NCBI RefSeq assembly: GCF_018350175.1
Contig: NC_058368.1
Location: forward strand, 170,812,001 to 170,876,000
Length of the DNA stretch: 64,000 nucleotides
Source of the DNA: Felis catus
Taxonomy: Eukaryota
Direction of reading: 5' to 3'
The translations under genes were made by a program, and so were the position numbers. Positions 52,981 to 64,000 of the stretch are shown here, piece by piece; within the stretch, counting starts at the first letter, position 1; each line of letters opens with the position of its first letter. The notes below the pieces were generated by a model that made no database searches, was not told the origin of the DNA, and saw nothing but the letters and a program-made list of their open reading frames with translations.

Positions 52981-55064
52981 AAGAATGGCCAGAAAAAGCA
53001 CCTGACCTCTGCGACAGGGTGCTCACCTCCGGACAGCACCGAGGGGAGGCTTGAGAGCTCTGGAGCCAATAGGATAGGTTACACCCAGGGCCAACATACA
53101 CAGTTGACGCTCCGGCGGAGGAACAGGAATTCAGTAGAGTGCCTGTCCTCTCTTCTTGCTTAAATTGGCAGTAACAACCCCTCTACTAATATCACAGTGG
53201 CTAGTAGCTTCAAACTCAAGAGTACTTGGAAATTAGCTAATCCAATTCGCTTAGGTTTTAGAGGTAAAAACAAGTCCCAGAAAATGTAAAGGACTCTCCC
53301 CAACAGATTTTTGTATGTCTAAATGTCAGTGTGGGACTTGACAGCACTCCACTGATGGGAAGACCTGAGTGGGGAAGGGCTAATCGTACTAAATGTGCGT
53401 GCATTCAACTCCCTGACTGGAACAGCTCCCAGTGACACAGACAGCACAGCGGCCCTCCTGGAAGAGGCAGCCTAACCAGAGTTTCCTCTGAACCCTGATG
53501 AGCAAGGCATTTGCAAGTGGGCGCTCAGTGTTGAGGCCCAAAGGAACCATATGTGGGGTACAGATTGCCCTGAAAAACGAAAGCTAACCTGAAGGAGTGA
53601 ATGGTGTTGGCAACGAGCGTGCATTTTCTTAATTATGTTAATTAAATTCTAAGAGGAAAATTTTCTAGGAATAATATGCCTATAGATGAGAAAAACTTCC
53701 TGGCCCCAGACACCATTCTTTAAAGGGTGCATCCTGCTGAATTGCTGCTTGGAGTGTTACATTGCACACTCTCGTTTCACCGTATGGGCTCTTCATCTCT
53801 TGTATTTTATGTAACACAGTTTGTGCAGAGAAGAGAATATCCTGATTGCAAAAGGATGGGGGAGGAGGGGTAGTATGGGAAGACATCAGTGGAAAATCCT
53901 CTGTGTTCCTTCCTCTAAGTCAAATTCAGAGTTCCAGGAGGATAGCAGCCTTCCAGGGCTCACTTTAATGACCTAGTCTGAGTGTGACATTTTCAGCCTG
54001 CAGACCGGGGATCCAGCTCCCTTGCTCTCCTGCCCCCTGCTGGAAGGAGGAGGGTGGTGCGCCCATTCCCAAAGCCTCCCTCAAGGAGCTCTCAACATTG
54101 ATTGGTCAGCTCCTCCCTCAGAGACCCCACTGACATCTACAGCACTTTTGTTCAAAATGGAAACACTGAGGCTATAGGCCACTCTGGGGCTAGAGGCCCG
54201 AGCCTTATTTCTGCATGGATTGTAAAACTCTTACTTCTCCTTTTCTTCCTTTGTTAGGCAAACAAATAACACCTCCAATTCTTGGTGCAAACAGTTGGAC
54301 ACAGTTAACTCGCCATTTTCACAGCTCTAAGATAATAAAAACAGAAAAGATCTCCTCATTCTATACTACAGGGCCGTTTGATGTCTGAGAAGACCTTCCA
54401 TTTTCACCATGGTGGGCAGGGCTAATAGGAGCAGGCTCATTGTGCACGGAGAAGATCCCTTTCTCAGTTCATAATCCCAAACTGGGGACAGCTGCTCTCT
54501 GGGAACCTACATGTAGTTGTCAGTACTAAGACATGTGCCGGGCCCCTTCTAACACCTGTTCCAACCTTCCAGCATAGAGACTTCCCAGTCCTTCCCACTG
54601 TCCGCCCAGGTCCCTGCGCTGGTCCCTGCCCTGCATGCTGTCAAATACAGGTTTGCATGGATGCCCCATGCTCCCAAGAAGGTCTAGATCTCAAGGTAGC
54701 ATAACTTGCATTTTTCCCCTTATTATGCTAAATTTGTGTTCCTTTTCTGCGTACAAAGCTCCCTCTGAAGTAAGGGATCTTTTATAGCAGAGATGCAGTT
54801 CTGTCTGATTCGAATGAATGTTCTGATGTAGAATATTAAAGTTAATACCTTTATTTTTATGCACCCAAACACAGAAAGATTTTGATTTCTCCCATTAAAG
54901 TAGACATGAGGGTTTGTAGTCTCACACTTTGGTTTGGGGAGACAAAATTGGTTACAAAACTGTTCTGAACTTTGTGTTAATTAATTTCTTACCTGTTGCT
55001 TGTTATTGAGATGTAAATGTTAAATTTAAACTCCAATTTAACACAATATTCATTCTTTCTGCAG

Positions 55065-55140
55065 CACCTGAAATCCTTAGAGGCTGTGCCTATGGACCTG
55101 AGGTGGACATGTGGTCTGTCGGAATAATCACCTACATCTT
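55065..55140 (+). CDS. CAMK4: CAMK4 coding exon 8, 76 nt
   Basis: Acceptor ctttctgcag|CA and donor ATCTT|gtaagt. Translates (A)PEILRGCAYGPEVDMWSVGIITYI(L), with the APE and DMWSVG kinase motifs. Confidence 0.98.
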
Positions 55141-55351
55141 GTAAGTGAAGAAAAGCAACCTCTATGTGTTCTATTTGCCTTCGCTGTAATATTTTCCAGG
55201 TACTGATAGTCCTCATAAAAAGCAAGACTACTTTTTGACTTTTGTAATTTTCTATGACGTACTAAATGTAGCCAGTGATAGAATTTTCTGAAAATAAGCA
55301 TTACTTTTTATTCTATAATTTCCTTAGAACTAGCACTTCTGTCCAGGACTT

Positions 55352-55390
55352 CTCTCTTTCTCTCTTTTTTTGTAATGTTTATTTATTTAT

Positions 55391-55434
<44 letters not shown>

Positions 55435-55589
55435 CATGAGCAGGGGAGGGGCAGAGAGAGAGGGAGAGAGGGAAAATCACAAGCAGGCTCTGCACTGTCA
55501 GCACAGAGCCCAACACTGGACTCAATTTCATGAACTGTGAACGGAAATCAAGAGTCAGATGCTTAACTGACTGAGCCACCAGGCGCCCC
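55352..55589 (-). mobile_element. Felid Can-SINE
   Basis: TSD CTGTCCAGGACTT at 55339-55351 and 55591-55603; (GA)n linker. Confidence 0.9.
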
Positions 55590-56284
55590 ACTGTCCAGGA
55601 CTTTTCTCGGTCCCATTTTGCAGTGCGGTGTGTAGCAGATTTGGAGAACAATTCATTATTTGATGATAGTAATGATTGTGAAACTCAAGTCCATCTATTA
55701 AAAACATGCTGTTATTTTACTTATTTGCATCTCATCAAAATACAGTATTAGTATTTAGTTATTAGTTATTTAGTATTTAGTTATTAGTATTGCTTTTTAA
55801 AAAGCAAGTGGCTATTTAATTTCGTAAAGAATTCCAGACTGGTACATTTCTTGTCAGCAATGTTTTTAATGCAATTTGCCTATCAATTTTGTTTTCTATT
55901 TGTGTTAGGTCCCCAAGGACCTTGAGTTTAATACCCTAAACTCAGAGAAACCTTTTCTCTGGTAGAAAAAAGTTGGGGCTAATCTCTCGCTCTCTGGTAT
56001 CCCCAACTCCATTCCTGAGCTCCTGGCTATGAATAAACAAAGGGTTTCAGGAAATTTGCCAAAGACATGATGGAATTGCAGAGGAATATGAGGGAGGTAA
56101 GCAAGGACAGAGGAGTGTCTGGGAAGACTGCTGAAGAGAGGCTACAGAAGAAAGGTGTCAGTGAGTTCTGGAGTTTAACTTAAGACAAGCAGATTTGGTT
56201 GCCGTTTAGAGGACACTGCACAGTTACTTGTTGGAACCTATACCATTCAAATCTGTAGAGATTTTGGAAGGTATGAAAGAGAGG

Positions 56285-56657
56285 ATATTAATCGGCTCAG
56301 GCTGCCGTGACAAAATACTGCAAACTGGGTGGTTTAAACAACAGAATTTTATTTCTCACAGTTTCAGAGGCTGGAAGTCTGAGATCAGAGTGCCAGGAGG
56401 TCCAGTCCTGGTGAGAGCTCTCTTCCTGACTTGCAGACATCTGTTCTCTAACTCTTTCCTCACATGGCAGAGAAAGAATGTAAGCTCTTTGGTATCTCTT
56501 CTTCTAAGGACGCAAATCACATCATGAAGTTAGCCCACCCTCATGACCACATCAAACCCTAATTACCTCCCAAAGACTCTATCTCCAAATACCATTGGAC
56601 TGGGGGATTAGGACTTCAACATATGAATTTTAGGGAGACACATTTCAGTCCATAGCA
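56285..56657 (-). mobile_element. MaLR solo LTR (MLT1A/B-like)
   Basis: TTTATTTCTCACAGTTTCAGAGGCTGGAAGTCTGAGATC...ACTTCAACATATGAATTT...CAGTCCATAGCA. Confidence 0.85.
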
Positions 56658-57941
56658 GAAAGAGGTTTGGGTGTTGTTGTTGTTGTTATTGTTGTTTTTG
56701 AATTTAATAGTGATCTTAGAAAGTGTAGTATCTGGGTAATAAGGACTAGGAAGAGGGTAACTAGGGTACCCCCAAACAAATTAGTAAACTCTATGTTCAC
56801 CTGGATATATTCAGTAGTCAGTAGCCAAAACAAAAAAGTTTAATAAGCAACCCATTAAATAGCTGTCAAAAGATAGTTTCAGTGTTGAATTCTTTGTGTA
56901 TCCAGAATATAGTAAAGGCTTGAAAAGCATTTGGAGAGGTAGAGAAACATAGACACACTTTCTTATGAAAGTGCAAAACTGTTAGGTAATTTTTTTGCCA
57001 TACTAAGTGCTTAATTCACTAAAACGAATTCCTGAGGCCACATCATGGAACTCCTTCAGCTTACATTTGAGGTCACTTTTATACTCGGGAGACAGTGTTG
57101 GCTCCTGAATTAGGCAGGTGACATATCACAGTGACGTGAAATAAAAAACTGAACTGCACAAATAATGAATCAGATTTGCCCCTAAAGTATCAGTGTGCCC
57201 ACCCAATTGCAATTTCATGCTGAAATGTGATGGGGGCAGGGGGTGTAAGCATTAAGGTTGTACAGGAACTCAGAGAGATGGAGGTAGGAAACTACATCAC
57301 ATTCACCCTGAGAACCTGAAATTTGGAACGGGTAAAACCCCATAATGTGGTCACTGAGCAGGGAAAACGAAGAGGGAAGAATGTGATTGTTGGAGAAACA
57401 TCATAGCCCTGAAAATAATTTTAAGAGTCTGTCAAAGCCCCTTCCCTTGGTTCACTTAAGGTCATTAATTAGTAGGTGTTGCTTCAAAGTATGCAGTAGT
57501 AGCCTGTGACCACCGCCACAGCCCTCCCACCAGGACAAGTTCTCCAAGACTGTGCCATTGGACCTGTGTATCTCCTTTACTATAATTAAAAGTTCCACTG
57601 AGCTATTTTGTGCTGTGACCTTGCTATTTTCTAAGGATGACAGTAGACTAGAAATGAAGGCCATTTTGTTATTTCTCACAGAAACTCTGGTCCCTCTACC
57701 TTTTACACCTAAATCCTTTGTGCCTTCAGACAAAAGCAACTACTACAATGCTCAGGTCAGAATCAGACTCAGATAAGGCCAGAGATTTGAACTCTGTCCT
57801 GCAGCTGTCCCACACTACAGTTCTTCCCAGCAGCCTGGAGCTCCCCTGTATCAGACATTCACATCATTGGCCTAACCCTAATGTCCTCTGCAACTTTCAT
57901 TGTCAGGATTCTCAAATATTTCCATTTCTGAAGGCTTTTTG

Positions 57942-57943
<2 letters not shown>

Positions 57944-57985
<42 letters not shown>
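57944..57985. repeat. (GT)21 microsatellite
   Basis: Direct read. Confidence 0.95.
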
Positions 57986-57986
<1 letters not shown>

Positions 57987-58711
57987 GTTCTGTGTCACAG
58001 TTCTTCCATTTTTGGCATTTTAGGCTGACATGACATAAACTTTTTACTTCTGTCATCAGTGCACAGATTTACAGATATGTTTGAGAAGTAAGAAAGGCAT
58101 TTGAGTACTGTACCTTCTGAACTGTAATTTTTCTTTCTAGACTTCCAGAAGGGGAAACAGAAGAGTTTCCTAAACCAAGCCTGGAACATTGGCTAATTTC
58201 TCCATGACTAACTAACAGTAGGCTATATTTTTCTAGTGTTGTGGCTGGCACTGGAGGGCCAGGCAAGGCTGAGCTGCCCCCTTGTGTGGACGTAGGCTCC
58301 CTTCTCTCCTTATGGGGGAGCAGGACTCTCAGTGCAGATGGCTGGCTGCGGTGGGAGAGGACACACTGGTCTGAGCCTCAGTACTGCCAGGCCTTTCTTG
58401 TCCTGGCTGGCTCCAGAATATTCAAAAGAGACAAAGACTCCCAATAGAACAGTCCCTGAGCAAAGGACATGACAAAATGCTTTTCCCTAGAAACCCACTG
58501 CATTAGAAAGCACTCAAACATTTCATGTTCTGCACCCTCCTGACCAGATTGAAAGAAGAATTTAAGAAAATGTTTTTTAACATGTTCATCCTTTCCCCTC
58601 CATTTTTTGTCCAGTGCAACTCATATCTTGGTAGGGACTTGTTTTTATAGTTTCCTCTTGATCCCTAGTGATTTCAGAACCTGTACCCATCTGTAAAGAG
58701 TGGAGGCTTTT

Positions 58712-59177
58712 TTTTTTTAATTTTTTAAATATTTTTATTTTATTTTTTTTTTAATTTTTTTTCAACGTTTTTTATTTATTTTTGGGACAGAGAGAGACAG
58801 AGCATGAACGGGGGAGGGGCAGAGAGAGAGGGAGACACAGAATCAGAAACAGGCTCCAGGCTCCGAGCCATCAGCCCAGAGCCTGACGCGGGGCTCGAAC
58901 TCACAGACCGCGAGATCGTGACCTGGCTGAAGTCGGACGCTTAACCGACTGCGCCACCCAGGCGCCCCAAATATTTTTATTTTTGAGGGAGAGAGAGAGA
59001 AAGACCGAGCGTGAGCAGGGAAGGGGCATAGAGAGAGGGAGACACAGAACCCAAAGCAGGCCCCAGGCTCTGAGCTGACAGCAGAAAACCAGATGCGGGG
59101 CTCAAACTTGTGAACCACGAGATCATGACCTGAGCCGAAGTCATATGCTTAACCAACTGAGCCACCCAGCTGCCCCT
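58712..59177 (-). mobile_element. Older felid Can-SINE (host of the nested insertion)
   Basis: Outer TSD AGTGGAGGCTTTT at 58699-58711 and 59180-59192. Confidence 0.9.
58742..58968 (-). mobile_element. Young SINEC_Fc-like element nested in an older SINE
   Basis: TSD AAATATTTTTATTTT at 58727-58741 and 58969-58983. Confidence 0.94.
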
Positions 59178-60000
59178 ACAGTGGAGGCTTTTGGTGGTCC
59201 CTTTTCAGCAACTCACTTTTCCTCTCTCTCTTTAGGATGTTGGAGATGATTTTCTATTTCTTTCCCCCTACTTTTCCCATTCACTTGTATGCTGACCCCC
59301 TAGTGGAAAGTGAAGGTGAATGTAGGTAGGTCTTCCAGAGGTACAGAAGTGAGGGTCACACACAGGGCTGAGGGAGCACCAGCCCATTCATCTCTGTTGG
59401 CCCCATGTGTTCACTCTGTCAGGTTGTAAAGGGTCATTTCCTGACAACAGTCTTAGCTCCTGTCTTTGTTCATCCTGACATCCAAACTGGTGTGGGATGG
59501 AAATCTAGTACTTTACTCATTTCTATGGTGGAATTCAGCGAATAGAGCTGAGGAAAAATGACTGAAAAATCTTTTCTGTCTACCTCTTAATCTGTTTATT
59601 CTCAAAATCCTAATTCTTCCACTTTGTAATAAATTGGAACTTCTAATCAGTCCATCTTCTCAATTCCTGCTGAAAAGAAATCCTCAGAAAATCATTAGCA
59701 TAGTGCCTGTAATAGTGTTAACAATTATTGTTATTGTTTTGTGTCAGAGTCATTGATGTTATTATAAACTCTTTGTAGAAATTCTGAATTGGCTTTGTAC
59801 CTATTCTTACTTCCAGAGAGCATGATGTGTATTTACACAGCAAAAGTGAATTATAATGAGGCAGTTCCACACTCGTGCTGAGTAGACTGGTGTTTGTAAT
59901 GGGAAGCTGTGAAAAGGACAATTCTGAATTACCACAAAAATTTGATGAAATGTATTTAGGCATTTAAAGACATTTTATTCCCTGTCTTTTGTCCTTCTAG

Positions 60001-60127
60001 ACTTTGTGGATTTGAACCATTCTATGATGAAAGAGGTGATCAGTTCATGTTCAGGAGAATTCTGAATTGTGAATACTACTTTATCTCCCCCTGGTGGGAT
60101 GAAGTATCTCTAAATGCCAAGGACTTG
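60001..60127 (+). CDS. CAMK4: CAMK4 coding exon 9, 127 nt
   Basis: Acceptor gtccttctag|A and donor TTG|gtaagt. Translates (L)LCGFEPFYDERGDQFMFRRILNCEYYFISPWWDEVSLNAKDL and ends in phase 0. Confidence 0.98.
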
Positions 60128-60814
60128 GTAAGTGTGATCAAAACAAAACGAAGAACAATCCTTGTATTCATTTTTAATTAGTTAATGGGTAGTGTCATTT
60201 TTTAAAATTTGCCCCTCTTAATATCTTATTTCTTTATAATTGTATTTTTTATAAAACATATAAAAGGCACACTAATGCATTTTCCTTGTAGATAATGAAA
60301 AACAGATATGCCTGACTCATCACCAGCTGAATTATCACAAACTAAAAGTCACTACAGTATTAATTAGTGAGTTTTTACCATCTAGTCAAGGTAAAACCTT
60401 GCCTGTGAAGCCAGCTGTTCTAGGTGAATTCAAATATAATTTACACAGAATAATTCCATTTTAACCTGGCTTGCCTAGATTACCTAGATTTGATTATATT
60501 TCAAATAAGCATTGCATCTTGAGAGGTTCAAACTTATTAAAATATCCCAGTAGTAACACAAGTCCCATCATGCATCACTGGCATCATAAACAAGTTACAC
60601 TCTACTGATAATTCATTTTGTTTGGTTTTTTGTTTGTTTTACTTGGGATCTCACTTAAGCTCATATTAAAGTTTGTGTGTATATCGTCACCGGAGATGGC
60701 CCACCTATTCTAAAATGAAGGGGATACTAGCATGGGATGAAAGCACTAACCATCAATGGCTAGAGAAAAACCACCCAGAAATAACTAAAAGCTAACTTTT
60801 AAACCACAGAAGGC

Positions 60815-60960
60815 TAGCTCTCCAAGGGATCTTAGGAGTCATCGAATGTTTCCCTCCTTTTAAAGATGAGGGTGCTAAAGCCCAGAGAGGTGAACTGACT
60901 GTCCAAGGTCACACAGCTCCCCAGCAGAACAAATGATCCAGGTTTCCAGCCAATGCTCTT
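60815..60960 (-). mobile_element. MIR
   Basis: AGATGAGGGTGCTAAAGCCCAGAGAGGTGAACTGACTGTCCAAGGTCACACAGCT. Confidence 0.8.
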
Positions 60961-61119
60961 TTCCCTCCAAACTTTTTCTCCTTCCCATCCATGTTCTTTC
61001 ATGGAACAAACCCCCTATAGACCATGACTATTCAGTGCAGTCAGGCGGAGAGACAGTGTGTGTGATGTGTGGAGGCATCATCCCAACTCCTGGCTCAAGC
61101 CAGGCCCCACACGCCTGAA

Positions 61120-61910
61120 CACTTCTTGAATCCATTTTCTTCTCCCCACTCCACCACCACTGCCCCTACCAGGCCTGTCCTCTCCTGTGACCACTACCGC
61201 AACCTCCCCTGTGGCCTTCCCACCTCCTCCATGCCCTTTTCAGGTAAGCTCTCCAAGCAGGATCCTGAGGAAGGGCCTAGTAAATAAATCAATCCTGTCA
61301 CTCTCCTGCTTTGAGGCCCTTAGGAGAAAATCCAAAATCTGTAATGAGATCTACACAGCACCGCCTGGCCGGGAACCTGTCACCCTGCCCATGCCACCCA
61401 TTTCACAGACTGTCCTCTGGTCTGTCTTCACACCAGGGTACCAGACTAACAGCCCCTCGTCAGGGTAGCTCAGCGTGTGGGCCGTTACTCTTTCCTCTGC
61501 TTTGTAACGTTCTTCCTCCTATCTTCCAGCCTCTTCCTCCATACTGCCTCTCTCTCATACGTGTGCACATACACACACGCACACACACACGTGCACACAC
61601 ACCTCTCGCATGGGTAACTCTTCATGTCAAGCCGCAGTTGCCATTTGACTCCCTCGGGGTAGCTTTGCCGCTCCCCCACCTCCCGCTTCAGCAGTCCCTC
61701 CTTCCCACCCCTGCTTTGTTCCTTCCGCCACTATTATTGCTTTGCCTCCAACTCACGCTTTCATGATGGTTGTTAGTTATATTTACTTGTGGAAAGGTCT
61801 TCCTTAATTGGACTGCAAGTTCTGGGAGAGGTCGAGGCATGTGTGCCCAGGTCTTAGTACCACGTGGGCATGTAGTGCAGACTCAGTAAATGTGTACTGA
61901 ATGAAACAAT
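61120..61910 (+). mobile_element. LINE-2 remnant
   Basis: Pyrimidine-rich body; GACTGCAAGTTCTGGGAG...ACTCAGTAAATGTGTACTGAATGAA terminus. Confidence 0.7.
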
Positions 61911-62214
61911 GGATCAGGAAATAGAGCATAGATTTTTAAAGTCTGACACACCTGAAGTGCCCCCTTTTTAAAGTGCCCCCTTTCTTACAACCTACAGGTG
62001 TGACCTTGGGCTTGTTATCTAATCTCTCTACTTCAGTTTTCTTTTCTGGGATGATACAGTACCTCTGTCTAGATTATTGTGAGACTTAAGGATATATAAT
62101 GCATGTTAACTAACTACCGTCAACTAACTCCATAACAGTTCCTTTACTTTCTTTTCATCTCTAATGAAAATTAAGTGGATAAGAGCATTAGCTGTGATAT
62201 TCCTTCGTTCGGCT

Positions 62215-62596
62215 AATTTTTTTAAGTTTATTTATTTTGAAAGACAGCCAGATGTCTTTCTGGCAGAGCCAGATGTGGGGCTCAAACCCACAAAACTGCG
62301 AGATCATGAACCTGAGCCAAAACCTAGAGCTGGATGCTCAACCAATTGAGCCACGCAGGCACTCCTCAGCCAATTTTTTCTTAATTAATTTATTTTATTT
62401 TGAGAGAGAGAGAGAGAGAGAGCGCGCGCACACGTGCACAAGTGGGGGAGGGGCAGAGAGAGAGAGAATCCCAAGCAGGCTCCACATTGTCAGCGCAGAG
62501 CCTGATGCAGGGCTTGAACTCATGGATCGTGAGATCATGACCTGAGCTGACATCAAGAGTTGGATGCTTAACTGACTGAGCCACCCAGGCACCCCC
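62215..62596 (-). mobile_element. Two tandem Can-SINEs (internally deleted copy about 62215-62365; full copy about 62375-62596)
   Basis: Two reversed SINEC heads (GCCACGCAGGCACTCC; GCCACCCAGGCACCCC). Confidence 0.87.
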
Positions 62597-63419
62597 ATCC
62601 AGCTAAGTCTTACCTTTGAGCTAATAAATTTATGAAACTTCAGAACTAACAGAGTCCTTGAGTACCACAGCTGTGTACTTACCAGAAGAACCTGCATCTG
62701 TTCTGGTAACAGCAGGGGAACAGTGCCAACACATGGTGGAGTCAGGTTGTGAGGGGAGCTGTCGGATCAAGGCAAGGCTTTGGGTTTGAATCTTGGCAGG
62801 ATCACCGGGTCTCTCTGACCTTCAGCAAGTTTAACAATTCAGTGCATCGGTATCTTCAGATGTAAAGATTAATGCTGACATGTGGAATTTGGGGCAACAT
62901 TCTGAATTTCAGTAAATTCTTTGTATTTTCATGAGGATGAGGATGGTAATGATGAGGAGGAGGAAAAAGACCATTGAAAAACGGGAGGGAAATAATATTG
63001 TGAATTGTTGCTAAAGATTAGGTGCCATTTACATAAAATTATTAGGACACGTATCCCACAGGTTATAGGGGGACTGAAATCAGATTTTTACTTCCTTCTG
63101 CACATTCATTTTCCTTAACCACCTGTGCCTCCCACCACCTCCTCTCAGAGTTTTAGCCCAAACAACCTCACATCTCTACCCTCTACAAATTTTGTCTCTT
63201 ACCCCAAACACACATTTCTTTGCAAATTTTACAGAAAAGAAGTAAAAGGAGAACCAGGTATGTGTTCTTCGTTTGAGTTGCTGCCTGATTTGTGTTAGCC
63301 CGTGTTCAGTTCTTCTTACCTTATCAGAGTTAGGAAGACCTTAGGCCTATGACACCAAAAGCCCCTCATTTGCCACACGCGCAGACTGAAGGCCAGGGGC
63401 GTTGATGGACTGCCATCGA

Positions 63420-63640
63420 GGCGCTGTGGTAGAGTAGCTACAAAATGAGCTCTGAGGTAAGACAGACCTGAGTTTGCACACAGCCTCCACCAATTACAAG
63501 TTGTCTGACCTTAGGTAAGGCACTACATCTTTCTGAGCTTCCTCTCATCCCTCATTTATGAATTGGAGCTAATAGTTCCAAGTTGATAAGGTCATGGAAA
63601 GAATTATATGAATTTTGAAACATTTTTATATGCACATAAG
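63420..63640 (+). mobile_element. MIR
   Basis: AGACAGACCTGAGTTTG...TGACCTTAGGTAAG...TTTCTGAGCTTCCTC. Confidence 0.7.
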
Positions 63641-64000
63641 AGTGTATTTACAAAGGAATGAAGGTGGAAATGAGATCATATAAGAAAAGGGCTAGGAGAA
63701 TGTCCACAGGGACTCAGTTAGCATGTGGGTCTTTGTCTAGGGTCACAAAAGTAGGTAAGAGATGTAACTGGGCTTGAACATGCCTCCTAACTCCAAATAG
63801 TCTCTGTCTCATTCCAGGTCACCCCTTCTGAGCCCAGGGCCAGAGATTATTTTGGTTGTTGATCTCCCTGGCGGTTTATTATCTGCTCATCCTCAGGGGT
63901 CAACCTCCAGAATGGTCTGCCATGGGTTGAATTCAGTCCTTTAAACAAATCATGCCCCTAAACCACTAACACCTTTGCTTTGATTCTAAATAGGCTTTTA

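Noticed and set aside
52512..53054. 180-aa ORF and similar ORFs (7633, 8014, 13753, 16440, 20784, 31243, 31598, 58843, 62237)
   Set aside because: Read-through of Can-SINE sequence (recurring GAPGWRSRLSVRLQPGHDL and AQVMISQ peptides), not genes.
54989..55225. 78-aa antisense ORF over exon 8
   Set aside because: Shadow ORF of a coding exon with no independent support.
59293..59306. CTCF-like CCACTAGGGGGTCA on the minus strand
   Set aside because: Mismatches at the conserved GGC end; an isolated motif is insufficient.
61955..61983. Short tandem duplication AAGTGCCCCCTTT x2
   Set aside because: Ordinary slippage duplication inside a MIR-like remnant.

Overview
Mammalian genomic DNA from a cat-family (Felidae) genome, judged by its felid-type Can-SINEs (SINEC_Fc-like) and carnivore L1 fragments. 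The whole window lies inside one + strand gene, CAMK4 (Ca2+/calmodulin-dependent protein kinase IV). Five internal coding exons (73, 91, 75, 76 and 127 nt; exons 5-9 by human numbering, from recall) splice through canonical GT-AG introns into one open frame. That frame covers the HRDLKPEN catalytic loop, DFG, the activation-loop Thr, APE and DMWSVG. The rest is intron, rich in SINEC, L1, L2, MIR, MaLR (MLT1) LTRs, hAT-Charlie remnants and microsatellites. Nearly all ORFs in the supplied track are repeat-derived or chance. I found no evidence of a novel multi-gene system. The best leads are splicing hypotheses (a candidate poison exon, a possible recursive splice site, inverted young SINEs around a phase-0/0 exon block) and clear retrotransposition footprints (nested SINEs, a poly(A)-only insertion, a microhomology deletion in an L1). 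Repeat family names come from recall of consensus sequences, and repeat boundaries are approximate unless target-site duplications (TSDs) are given.
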